Notes under the pieces: generated by a model
Databases searched by the model: none
The model's input: only the letters and a program-made list of their open reading frames with translations
What the model was told of the DNA's origin: nothing
Program-made: the position numbers and the translations under genes
Shown: piece by piece, positions 1 through 16,631 of the stretch
Layout: each line of letters begins with the position of its first letter
Numbering within the stretch: position 1 is the first letter of the stretch
From: Trichoplax adhaerens
Lineage: Eukaryota; Animalia; Placozoa
Length of the DNA: 64,000 nt
Assembly (NCBI RefSeq): GCF_000150275.1
Contig: NW_002060945.1
Coordinates: forward strand, 7,817,684 to 7,881,683
Direction of reading: 5' to 3'

Positions 1-921
1 GTTTTTGCTACTGGTACCGGAGGTACATTAGCCGGAACCTCGATGTTTCTTAAAAGTATTAACCCTAATATCAAAGCGATATTAGCGGATCCTCAAGGCA
101 GCGTTTTATATAATTACGTTAAAACTGGTAAGGGCCACTAAAGTATAGTCATTACGTAATGCAATAATAGAAAAGAGGCATTCATGTGCTGTCAATAGCC
201 ATCGATTTAATCTTCTATTATAATTATGAATTATTCGCCAACAGTGATTACCAATTTATTTATTTTATCGTAAATTAGTTAATTTACTGATTCTTTCCTT
301 TAGGCGAACTGATAAGAAGAGAAGGTAGTTCGATTACAGAAGGAATAGGTCAAGGTAGAGTAACCGCCAATTTGCAGGGTGCTCCAGTCGATGACGCCGT
401 TAGCATTAGCGATTTTGATGCAGTAAACATGACATTTAGGTGCGGATATATGACTCTTAATGAAGTAATGTGATAACGCTAATTTTTGACATGGTAGATA
501 TTTGCTAGAGGCATTGCTATCTTCAAATCATATCAAATTTGATTGGTAATGATTGTTGTTATTACAGCATGCGCTTAGTATATACCCTGTACGTTAACCA
601 TTGGCATATTAAGTAGCAGTTAATATTTACTCGATGGTGTGCCAACGCAGTTATACACTTAGCTTTAACTAGAAACAAACTATGATTTTCTAATTGATTA
701 GATTACTACATGAAGAAGGTATCTATGTTGGTGCTTCATCTGGTTTAAATGTGGCTGCTGCAGTTGAAGTAGCAAAGATGGTAGGACCCGGAAAAACAAT
801 TGTCACATGTTTATGTGACGGTGGCCAACGTTCCTATTCGCGATTATTCAACAGAAAATTTATGGAGGAAAAAGATCTATTACGAGCTATACCTGAACCT
901 TATAGACATACACTCAGTTAA
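1..921 (+). CDS. Cysteine synthase (PLP fold-type II, O-acylserine sulfhydrylase-like), 3' part, 5'-truncated by window edge; exons ~1-127, 304-439, 702-921
   Basis: Spliced translation VFATGTGGTLAGTSMFLK...ADPQGS...G|ELIRREGSSITEGIGQGRVTANL...R|LLHEEGIYVGASSGLNVAAA...TIVTCLCDGGQRSYSRLFN. Contains the GTGGT phosphate-binding loop, EGIG and GxSSG motifs. GT-AG introns keep frame. No C-terminal CBS domains. Confidence 0.9.
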
Positions 922-1801
922 ATTTGAAAAATTACGCATCTTATGTGTATGATAGTTTTAGAATTGGCATCTATACTACAGTACCTAGTGATTAAATCTT
1001 TAAATCGAACTCTAGCTTGCATGTTGAATCTGAATCTAATTGCTTATATGGCGTAGCATATTTTAGGCTCCAATAGGTCATACTGTATGCTGGAGTATAA
1101 GATTGCAGTTTTTTAGGCATGTGAGTACTACATTGCAGATCATACACTGTAATTATTGCTCTGTATAGTGCAGATACCGCAGCCGTGAGCAAATCTAACG
1201 CTGAGAAGATATATAGAATTGGTTAATGTTTACCAAAGATGTCCTCTATGAGGCTTTTAAAGTACATCGTAATAAACATTCTCGATTAAAAGTGCATTAC
1301 CAACATGAAGTCATGCATTAAAGCGAAAAAATAGCTGAAATTTTGGTAGGATTAGGATGTATATAACATACATCAATGGAGCAGTCATTTTACCAAATGT
1401 ATCCCACATATTACACCGCTTAACTGAAACATAATGTTTATTAAATTTTTTATACCAATATTAACGCTCTTGCATGTACGGACTATTCGATATTGTAAAG
1501 ACATCAATATCATTAAGACAGGCGCAACTAGCCTATAAGGTGTAGCACTATACTAGTTGTATATTATATATGTTATACTGAATAACTATAATACCGTATA
1601 TGTTGATATTGCTACAAGGAACCTACAACATCATTTCGATTTAAGCTAAGCCTTATGTATAACATACTCAGTTAAACGTTCTATTACGCCACGAAGCACT
1701 TTACTAAGCGTACAATTAACGCGCATTGTGCGCTAAAAGAAGTTCGGAGGAAGTTGAAGAAAGGCGACACTTGCTTCAATCATGAGCATAACCATCCAAA
1801 G

Positions 1802-5728
<3,927 letters not shown>

Positions 5729-5749
5729 GTTGGATACCCTTCCTTTGCT

Positions 5750-6265
5750 GCTGTACAGTACAGTGACAACTTGTAAACAGAGATGCGCTGACTTGCCCCT
5801 CTTGGAGCTGGGTGTGAGGCCTAAGACGTCAACGAGCGGTCCTGAACTGACGCCAACGAGACCGACCCGTGACGGTGCACTACACTACTGTACTGTAGGT
5901 CAGGTCGAACTGTACTGTACCATCTTGTCTTGGCTATGTAACCAGTGACCCGATGACCTGTATCATGAACTATGAACTTAATTATCATATCTGCACGCTG
6001 TAGCGTTCTCAACGGTTGAGTAGTCGCATGTACGTCACAAAAGCCTGTCAACCTCGATGCGACTCAACCGTACTGTATTGTATAGTCAAGTCTGCGACAT
6101 CTTGCCGTACTGATACTCATGCCGTGGTAATACTCCACACCTGTTTTTAGAGGTAATGAAAACCTCTTCCTCTTAGTAAAAGCACTTACCACTGTGCGTG
6201 CACCAGTGTCAAGGCTCAGCCCAATAGCGGACAGACTGACATACTGTACTGTACAGTACAGTATG
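5750..6265. promoter_or_regulatory. ACAA1 upstream region with ACAGT/ACTGT pentamer runs and raised GC
   Basis: ctgtacagtacagtg (5751), actactgtactgtag and actgtactgtac (5885-5920), atactgtactgtacagtacagta (6241). Confidence 0.55.
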
Positions 6266-7256
6266 TCTATTGGTGCAGATTGCGTCTAATCGTTGCCACG
6301 AGCTTTAGCGATGGCAAATGTTCAATTTCGTAATCGCCAGGAGCTGTTGTAATTCTGATATAACAAAGCAAGATAGAGCGTGGAAGAGGGATTGTAGTGG
6401 TAGTTCTCAGTTCTAGTTTGTAGGTTTATGTCATTTCGTTCACAAAGTAAAAAGTATTTGATTGCAAATACAGAATTGTCAACACTCGTCGTTTTCAGTG
6501 TTGTGACTAACCGGAGAACCGAAGCAGAGCAATTTCTGCCGAATGACAGTGCAGAATTACAACAGTATCATTTGGCATAGCTCATGTTGAAAGATCGACA
6601 AATATAGTAATAATAAAACTTGCACTTTGTAGCACACAGTGTTAAAATTACCGTAATCAGCTACAAAATCGACTAAAATAGCCGTTTCAGGCAAAGAACT
6701 CTGCTACTATCGTCCACACTCGAATACGTACTAATAGTAGAAATTGTTGCAGAGTTCCCAGCGTCTAAGAAACTACAGATCATACTAGAGTCCTTTTCTG
6801 TTGAATAAAAAGGAAAAGAAGAGGGACAGGAAATAAGTTACGTGTTTGCGATGGTACTACTTGGAAACCACTTAACCCTCGATCCGAAATAGCTTGTGTA
6901 AGTGTACAATTAATTCATATTCGGATAACAGCTGCTGCACAAATGATGTTAATAAATAGAAATGTAGGCGTAAATGTGCCTTGTATTTAACTGTACTGTC
7001 ATGAACTTCTAGATACATCGGTGTATGCAGTAGTTTATGGTACTGTACTTCGATCTTGTTAATTAAGTTAACCTCCGTATTATGAAATGACAGTGATACG
7101 TCTTTAAACTTACTCTCTCATTGATTGATTTTAAAAACTTCTTACCATATTAAGTACCGTAGCATTATTTCAAAATAAGTCACGCTGTAAATGCAATGGA
7201 CTACCTTCTGTGCAATAACACATATCCGATTTAGGTATTGTAACAAGTTCTACTCT

Positions 7257-7583
7257 GGTATAAAGTTACTGAACCTCTGTTAAATGAGCACATTATCGTA
7301 AACCGTCAGTAAAGCGACGGGAGCTTGCACTAATATATATATATATATATATTATACAGTATGAATGAGTGGGTAAGAGTGTTCCACATAGCTAAAAATG
7401 GAGAGTTACTGGAAGATTAGAGAAATGCGGTATGTATATCAGTATATGTCATACACTCTACTACTACACAGTACACGGTATAAAGTTACTGAACCTCTGA
7501 CAGGTCTACGACAAATGGTAATACTATCTGTTAAATGAGCACATTATCGTAAACCGTCAGCAAAGCGACGGGAGTTTGCACTA
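7257..7583. repeat. Local direct duplication (~76 bp; copies 7257-7332 and 7477-7583, second with a ~31-bp insert) flanking a (TA)n run
   Basis: ggtataaagttactgaacctctg...ttaaatgagcacattatcgtaaaccgtcag.aaagcgacgggag.ttgcacta occurs twice. Confidence 0.85.
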
Positions 7584-8122
7584 GTGTTCCCTATGACAGC
7601 AGTATCACTAGATAGGCCAACTTGGCGCTACGGTACCATATGATGTACGACTAATAAATGAACTACAATTGCAATGATCATAGTTTAGCCTAGTACGGAT
7701 AAATACTACCATTATTTATTATTGTACCATAATCAGGGAAAACTGAAAGGTAAGTCAGTTTAATTATCATCGGAAACTGCAAAATACATTTCTACCAAAG
7801 TAATCTATCGAGTAGTGGAAGTGACACATTAGAACCATGCCGAATAGAGTTCGTAAATGGACATACAAACAACAGTTAAATGAACTACTTCATAAAGATA
7901 CATTTTGTCGTAAATTTATCAGTATCATTGCAGAAATATACTTAACACACGTGACAAAAAATGGTTAGTCGAAAGGCAATGACAATTATTTTGTATGCAC
8001 TAGCACAATCATGAATTCGGTACAACAGTGACCTAGCAATGCTCGATAGACTACTAATCATAAGCCAGAATGAAAAGCTAGCGTTATTTGTAAGTCACAA
8101 ATTGAGAGAATCTTGTGGCTTC

Positions 8123-11100
8123 TTAACTTTCCAAATCAGGCATTTCTAGTCAAAGGAAATACCAGTATGATGAGAAGTAGATTACAGAGTATATGAACAT
8201 AACATACAAATATGAAATTGCGTAAAATTAATAAGAATAAATATAGTATCCTAGTGTGCATACTATGTCCAGTATATCAGAATTGTAATCCTTTCACTTA
8301 CTTTCATCATCACTATCATCATTATCATCATCCGAATCTGGTAAGTCACCCAAATCCTAGGTAATAGCGAAACGATATGAATTATGCGAAATATCTATCT
8401 ACGGTTAATCATTTATATAATTACAATAATAAAAGTAATAGTAAATTTCATTTATAACAGATAAAATCCTATTTGCTCAGTTGGTAAATGATATCAAGAA
8501 TGATCGATATCGTAGTTATCATAACGCAACGTGCACAGTTCACAGGACAAGTTGAAGCAATTTCTGACTACATTATGCAACACCGTCGAGACGGTTGGAA
8601 GTAAAGGTCTCAATTTAACTATTCGCAATAACGTAATCTGCTATTAGTTTCATCAAGGATAGACTTACACCTTCTCCAAAGCCTGGAGGCATACCGCCGC
8701 CACCTCCCATATTTTGCATCATCTATTGTATCAACATAAAATGTTCGCATCTCAGGATTAAAAATTGAATTATTGTCATTGCAAATCGCAGTTCAGAACA
8801 ACAGCAAAGATAATCAAGAGAAAATGCAGTGTAAAGCATGTAGCAACTGTAAGCAAGAAAAAATAAATATCGTTTTTTTAGTAATTAGCGTAGCTATACT
8901 TATGATAGTAATATTTTCTATGATATTGCCATAGCATCATTAACGGTTAATAATTATGATCAGTCAATAAAGTTTCTATTAGGCTATAGCCTATTATTAG
9001 TGTTAATGGTAGACATTTGACAAATGCAAATGCTTTCAACATGTTAAAGCATCAGTATCATCAAAGTAAAATAACAAATCCTAAATTTACCAATTGACGG
9101 ATTAACTATATTAACGTGTCATGCTGTAATTGATCAGGCAAAAGCGAAAATGTTGTAACTTAAAAGTGACCTTTAAACAGTAGAATGGGAAAAATTTACC
9201 TGACTAAAATCTGGCTTATCGTTACTCTCTTCTTCACTCTCATCTTCATCTCTCCATCTATTAAAATCAACTTTTAGCCAGCCAGGCTGCAATATATAAC
9301 ATCCCTGATTAATATGCAAACGAGTAAGACGTAATAATATATTGTGAAAGTCAAACCTTTTGCGCTTGTTTTAGCACTCTTGGCCAGTAAGGGCCTGATT
9401 CCTTCTTTTTAATATTTAGAACTAATTGTCTACTTGTTAAGTTCTGCTTTGATTCCTACAAAAATTAGCGTATTAATCATTAGTCGTCCATAAAAGAAGC
9501 GGCATGTCACTTTCGATAAATCCGTAATTATAATTATATACAATTTGCAAAACATACTTATAACGAGTGAAGTCGAATATGATATCAGTAGTAGATATGA
9601 CATATATATAACAAATTAGCACTACTATACTGGCTTACCTTGGGTTCAATCTCATTATAAAATTCACACTCTAAACGGTATGTTGCACCATTAGTCCCAG
9701 CTTTGCATCTAGTATCACAACGAATCCAATAGGCGAGTATGAGAAATATTTATAATAATAAACTATGCACATACGGATATCGGATGATGTGAATTTAAAT
9801 CACTAGAAAAATATAATTTAATTAGATTTAAGAAGCTTTTCGCGCTCCCTAATTTTCAAAATAGCATTTCCCATACGTCAAAAAATGGTTCAGTAGTAGA
9901 TTGTTCAACACCACACTCATATACGTATAAGATTTATACTGTGTCTACATGTCATTTACCGATTTACGTATGTCAGATACCTACACTAGTATTGTACAAT
10001 TACGGTAAAATATCCTCGTATGTACAATAAAGCTGCAATTCATATTTGAGGTACTTGCAAATCCCAATATCGTACATCATACATTATGTCATTCTATTAC
10101 ACCACCTTATCAGGAATACCGTGATGTCATCGCTCACAAATAGTCCAGTGAATTAGTACTATTAAAATAGAGATATACTGTATCTATGTGTCATATACAG
10201 TTTACTTCGGCTTTTAAATACAGTAGTGTCTTTCTGTATTAGCGAAATTTTGTTACGTAACTGCAAACCAATTTGAACATTTACGTGTGCACTGTAAAGC
10301 AAACCCAACTACTTTGTACAGTGCGCCTGCTACAGAGGTAATTACTTTAGTGAAATTGCTGTGCATTTATGAGCGCTAAGCTCAAGCATTTCATGAAATG
10401 GAGAGTACGAGCAAAGGGGAGTAGTTACTGTAACTCTGCAAGACTAGTGTAGAGGATTTCCGCAGATTCGTTTCGGAAGTCTTTTACCTCGCCTGGCCAG
10501 TCATACCATTGCATCAGTATGACGCTTAACTACAATCGAAATTGGAACTATAATACCGTAGTAGTATTAGTTTTAATTTCTAATCCAGGATAAGATAACG
10601 AAAAGTTAATATCCCTTTTATCGTCGATGACAAGTTGACAACTAATTCCATGCTGAGCTTCGTTTTCAGTACGATATGACAAGAAACGAGTGTGCATTAA
10701 TTTGTTCCAATTATTCAATTACTGCAACTTTTACAAGTACACGTGTTTTAGTCCACATTAAACGTGTGGAACGACTAAGATAATAATATTATGCGTTTAT
10801 AGCACCGTGTATTACTATTTTTCAAGAGTACCGTAAATCAAAACTATACCTGTCATACGCGTATGTTCAAAATACACCAAATTGGAGAAGAAATCAAGAG
10901 ATGAATATAAAAATTCCTTACTCAATAGAAAGCTTGTTGGTGTCGAGATCAATCTTTGGTTCACGGATATCCGTTAGAGCAATAGTTAAGAATAAGACAT
11001 CTTGACGTTGAGCCCACAATACCGGAGGAGTTAACCTACAAGTATTATAGTAACATGACTCATTTTTAGTCAAAGCCATAGTAAAACGATCTACCAAGTG

Positions 11101-11321
11101 CAAAATTGATATGGAAAGGAAAATGACGGAAGATTACGCTCTAGCTACAAAAGATGAATGCATTCCATCAAAAATGAATTAGGCAACTTTATTACGACAA
11201 TACTAAAATTGTTGGATGACTAGTTGACACAGCAGAATCGCAAGTAAAGTAATAAGCGAGAACTTTTGTAAGTTACAATAGTAATTTAGAGGACGATGAT
11301 GGTGCTAACTTACGCAGCCAT
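8123..11321 (-). CDS. PTGES3: p23 / prostaglandin E synthase 3 Hsp90 co-chaperone, copy A (8 exons: ~11314-11321, 10922-11035, 9638-9708, 9357-9455, 9199-9285, 8668-8721, 8302-8356, 8123-8145)
   Basis: PPVLWAQRQDVLFLTI, GPYWPRVLK, WLKVDFNRWRDEDESEEE, PDFSQ|MMQNMGG and acidic tail DSDDDNDDSDDE|KMPDLES*, matching the p23 family including the MPDLE terminus. Confidence 0.9.
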
Positions 11322-11574
11322 GATGATTTTGCAAGGTAGAAATTGTAAGCGTGCGCAAGTCAATATGCAGTGTCACTATTTTATCGGTGTAGTCGTCTGT
11401 CTGGGCGTCGTGATTCTTTTCGGTCTTCCATCCAATATCGATAAGTGTTTTGTATGGAATACTTGCTAGTGCAACTGCACCCATTCTTCTACACCGTCCA
11501 ATTACCTCAGCGAACACTCTAGAATCTAGAACTTCTCCACATGTCATGGTGAACACTGTGGTACTCTTCCTATC

Positions 11575-12830
11575 CGGTACAGTACATTACAGTTCTGTAC
11601 TGTATACTGTACAGTACTGTACACTGTAGTGTACAGGCTTTGTATTGTATAAATGTTGCTACAGCAACTGTCAGCCGGTGGTACATCAGTGAGTCGCTGA
11701 CATCATTCTAGCACCACACGGCCGTAGACTACACGAACTGCTTGTAGTATTGCGTACATTTTTATTAAGTATTTTTTTTTAACCTCCGTCTTGAAAGAGG
11801 TTAAAATTTTGTTGAGGAGTACAGTAAGTCCCTGACTACAGTAGAAAAGTAGTCCTTGTCCATTGGCACGGAACGCTAGAAAGAAATTATTGTTCGCGTC
11901 AGCAATCAACTTGAAAGACCAATGGGTACGGTACGGTACGCTACGCCATCATGAATTGTTCAATTTCGAAATGTACAGTACATTGTACTGTATACTAAAA
12001 CGTGGGAATTATGGGCTTCTACTGTAGATCAGAAAAAGATCCGATTTTACTTTCGGTATATTATTAATTAATAAATAATAATAATTATATACTGTATGTC
12101 ATATTACTCATATATACAGTATATATACGTAATGGACGACTATTACGGTGTGACTTGCATGCTGGTTGGACCGACCGTACATGTACCAGTCAGTGATGGT
12201 TGGTTTGTATATTTATTTCAAAGAAATAAAATAACTTAATGCTGCAGTTAAAATGAATAGAAACATCTAGAGCCAATTATTACTCAAGGTTTTCATGATC
12301 TGTTGACAACATGTGGCATTTGAGTCAAATTTAATATCAATGCCGTTATGTTCTCTCGGGCAACACTAGGTCAATCACGTTAGACTAGGTTAGACCCTGC
12401 AAAGTAGCCGGAAGGGTGGAGTCTACTTTTTATTTTGGGTTGCCTTCTACATGTAATCTACTGTACAGTACTGTATTGATATATAAGTAGACCGTAATAT
12501 TTTGACCAACTGTTAACTCCCTCTGCTCCAATAAATATAAGAGTGCAGTATTTGTCAGTACTGTACAGTGTACATGCAAAAGATCGTTGACAAAAAGATT
12601 TCCTTAGGCTGAATTATGGTCTTTGTTGTTCATCTATTTACTATACCACTGTAGGAATACTACTACCGTTGGGATGAAATGACTATCATACGTATCATTA
12701 ACAACACATTTCATACAGTACAGTACGTTCTAGTAATTTACTAATACGTACAGTATTAGTAATATATCTACTGTATGTATACAGTATATAGACATATATT
12801 GACAAATACATGTATATATACTGTATACTA
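11575..12830. promoter_or_regulatory. ACAGT/ACTGT arrays upstream of p23 copy A
   Basis: Dense run at 11576-11650 (ctgtactgtatactgtacagtactgtacactgtagtgtacag), with further runs near 11970, 12460, 12556 and 12715. Confidence 0.55.
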
Positions 12831-13091
12831 TCTTTGTTTTCCGCATTTTCTGATTGGCTTAAAATTGGAAACGTTTCCATTTCTTCTGGTTAATTAATTC
12901 TTTACGCGTATATATTATGCTTACCAAACTACGTTACCTTTATTATTATTGTCCTATAACAATTTAATTTTATGAACGAGTCTTATATACTGTACTGCAT
13001 AATCAAGCAATGGTGTTATGTGATCTGCTTCAAGTATCCTTAAAAATAATAGCAATAGACATCAATCTTCTACTTTAGCGATCGAACAAAT

Positions 13092-13230
13092 AATAAGACT
13101 AACACATTACAACCTTAACACAGGATAGGGTTCGCTAAATAAGACTAATACATTACAACCTTAACACAGGATAGAGTTCGCTAAATAAGACTAACACATT
13201 ACAACCTTGATACAGGATAGAGTTCGCTAA
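13092..13230. repeat. 46-bp minisatellite, 3 copies
   Basis: aataagactaacacattacaaccttaacacaggatag(g/a)gttcgcta starting at 13092, 13138 and 13184. Confidence 0.95.
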
Positions 13231-13444
13231 ACATACACCTTGTAAGAAATTTGCAACAGTTAATCAATATCGTTGCAGAAGTTTACTTTAATATACGTGA
13301 TAAAATTGTTAGTCAAGAAGCAACGACGATTTCAGTACAATATGATAAACTAGCGATATCTATTAGATAAATAATCATAAACCCAAAGCAAAGCTTATGT
13401 AGACTACAAATTGAGAGGATCTTATAATTCCTTGACTTTTCCAA

Positions 13445-16400
13445 TTATTTTAATGTGGATATTTCTAAGATAGTCATTGCAAATACAGTACCAATGTGAT
13501 AATAAGTCAATTATATAGTAAATAAATACAACATATAAACGTTGAAAGTATGTAAAAATTACTTCTATCTAGTATCAGATTATATAGATTATAATGCTTT
13601 TCACCTACCTGCATCACTTGAGTCCGAATCTGTCATACTTTTCTATATGATTATAAAATAGTAAAAATTATATGAAAAATATCTATCTTCAGTTAAAGTG
13701 GTAAATACGGTGCAATAACAAAATGTTATAGTAAATTCCATTATTTCATGACGCATCTCATTATCTGCTTAATTGGTCAATAATGCAAGAATGATCGATA
13801 TCGCCTATATCAAATCAAAGCATGCACGGCTGGCTCAGCCAGCATCAGAGTTGTCTGCATCAATACTATTTGGGCCTAATGTGTACAGTATAGCTCATAG
13901 GAGAGCAACTTTTCTGACTGCGTAACACGATACTGTTAAACCAGTTTAAAGCCAAAGTCTCAATTTAATCAACATTATAATATGATCTGCGGCTAATCTT
14001 GCAAGTATAAATTTACGGCCGGATCAAAGTTTTCGGCACTTCCCACCTGTTGCATCATTTAAAATGTCGATATCAAAAAATTAAATGTCACGTAATTAAA
14101 TTGAATTATTGTCATTTAGGTAACAGTTTAAAGCAATAGCAACAATAAACATAGACCAAACGCAGAACAAATGTATGATACAACTGTTCGCATCAAACGG
14201 TAAATACGACATCGTTAATTTAGTAATTAACGCAGCTTAACTAACGTAATAATATTACAAGTAAATTTGCTAAAATATTGCATTACTTTGCTACGGGTGA
14301 ATAATGATGATCAGTCTTTATAGAGCATATAGTATATCGCCAATGCTACTAAATTATATCTACTCAATAATTGATAAATAATTTTTTAATGCGCTAGAAC
14401 ACTATCAGTAAAATGAAGGTGAAACAATAATCTTTAAAGGAACTGCTGATGTGGCATGTATAAATTGATTGATCTATCATTACATTACAGATTCATAAGG
14501 TGATTGATTCTAGTACAACCTGAAATATTTTAAAATAACTATTGGTGTCATGGGACGAAAAATTTTACCGGAGTAAGACTTAAATCGTTGATAATCTCTT
14601 CATCACTTGCATCTTCATCTTTCCATTTATTAAAATCAATCCTTAGCCATGTAAACTGCAATATTTAACGTCATTAATATGTAAACCAATGAGAAAGGAG
14701 AAGTATTAATTTCTTGTTTAAATCAAACCTTTTGAGTTTGTTTTAACATTCTTGGCCAGTATGGACCTGATTCCTTCTTTTTTATTTGAAAATAATATCC
14801 TCTAGCTGACTTGCGCTGCTTTGATTCCTGTAAAAATTGACGTATCGCCAGTCGTTCATAAAAAGAAGTGGCATGTCAGCTCTCACAGGATCCATAAATG
14901 ATACTTACTATAATAGAATACTAATACTAATTACTCTAGTGCGATCCAGTATGATATCAGAAATGCTATATGTATACAATTAATAAAATGCTGTCTTTAC
15001 GTAAAGTTACCGTACCTCAGGAATAATGTCCTTATAAAATTCAAATTCTAAATGGTGTTTTTGTTTCGCAATACCGCCTTTAGCACTGGCATCATTGCAA
15101 ATCCAACATGTGTTTTTAAATTATTTAATAGATTTCTTATATACACTGATATTGGAACATACAAGGTAATTTCAATTATTTCGAAAAAATTACAAGATGT
15201 AAGAAGTTTTCATTTAAATGTTTTCTAATTTCCAAATAGCATTTTATGCTTGAAGAGAAATTCTTGGAATTTTCTTTACAATATATGAGATGCATGTCAT
15301 TTACGTACGGTATCGGCTGCTTGCAAATACATACACAATTACAAATATTGCTATGCTACATTATGCATTATGCCACTTTATCATGAAAATACTATGAAGT
15401 AACTGTTCGTAAATAAGTAGAATATATTAGTCCCGTTAAATAGGGGTAGAATCTTATATTTTAAAGTAACATAACTTGTTTAACTATTACAAAGTTAGTC
15501 CATACTACAAACTAATTCCTAGAATTGGCTCGGTACGTCGCACAGTGCATATATTATTATATATTATTCAGGCAAAATTGCTGTGCATTTGTTGGGTGTT
15601 ATGTTATACGATAATAGCAGAAATTGGATATGTAAGAAATTTACATTAATGTCGAGGAATCACAAAAGTTGGTATTCTATAGCCCTATGCGAGAACGTAA
15701 AAGTTTTTGTTGTGGCAACAACTCTGGATGTTCTAAAATTGTGTTACTGAGTTGTTTGCCTCACTTTACTAGTGACATCACCAGGTAATTACGATGATAA
15801 ACTACAGCCAAGATTACAACTAGTGATAGTGGGGCGTGGTACTTAAGTCTTTTGTTGAATTCAGGATGAGATCGGAAGTTAATAACTTCATTATCTTTTT
15901 ATCTTTAATAATTAATTGGTAACTGGTAGTGGTAGGATAATGTATTGATCTCAGGTGGAGAAGGTTGTTTGGTTTTATTTTTGACGATCTGCAACTAGAG
16001 CTAGTTAATTTATGTTAAGTGATCTATGATGTCGTCGTGGCTTCAATAATAACCAGAATGATTACCATACATATTAAAATTGTGTTGCATATCAATGATA
16101 TCTAAAGTTACAAGGTATCATTTTCCAAGTTAAATGGTCGAGTACAAATTTAGAGACTGACTTAAAAACGTCCATACCTTAAAATAAGCTTCTTGCTGTC
16201 TATAGTAATATTTTCATTAGTAATATTCTCTATCTCAATAGTTATGAGTAACCGATCTTTACGCTGGGCCCATAATACGGCAGGATTAATTGACCTAGAA
16301 ATCCAAAGGGATTATAATGACGTTACATCTAGATGGTCATAGCAATTTATAAAATATCTAGGTAATTGCGCTGTATAATTCATGTGGGAAGCGGTAAAAA

Positions 16401-16631
16401 TGAGAATATCAAGGCATAAGACTGTGCTCTCAACACAAAAGATAAATTTAATTTAATTCAACAAGTGGACACATCCACTAAAATCAACTGCGCAACTATA
16501 TGACAATAATATAAATCCTTGTGCGACTAGTTTATACGTAATAAAATGGAAAGTAAAGAAACTAGCAAGAGTTTTTGTAAGTTACAAGGGTAATTTAAAC
16601 GATGATTGTTAGCGTTGACTTACGAAGCCAT
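13445..16631 (-). CDS. p23/PTGES3-like, tandem copy B (divergent; same exon layout)
   Basis: MAS|..INPAVLWAQRKDRLLITIEI..|AKGGIAKQKHHLEFEFYKDIIPE|ESKQRKSARGYYFQIKKKESGPYWPRMLKQTQK|FTWLRIDFNKWKDEDASDEE..LTP|..|KSMTDSDSSDA|EISTLK*. Intron positions and phases match copy A. Confidence 0.82.
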
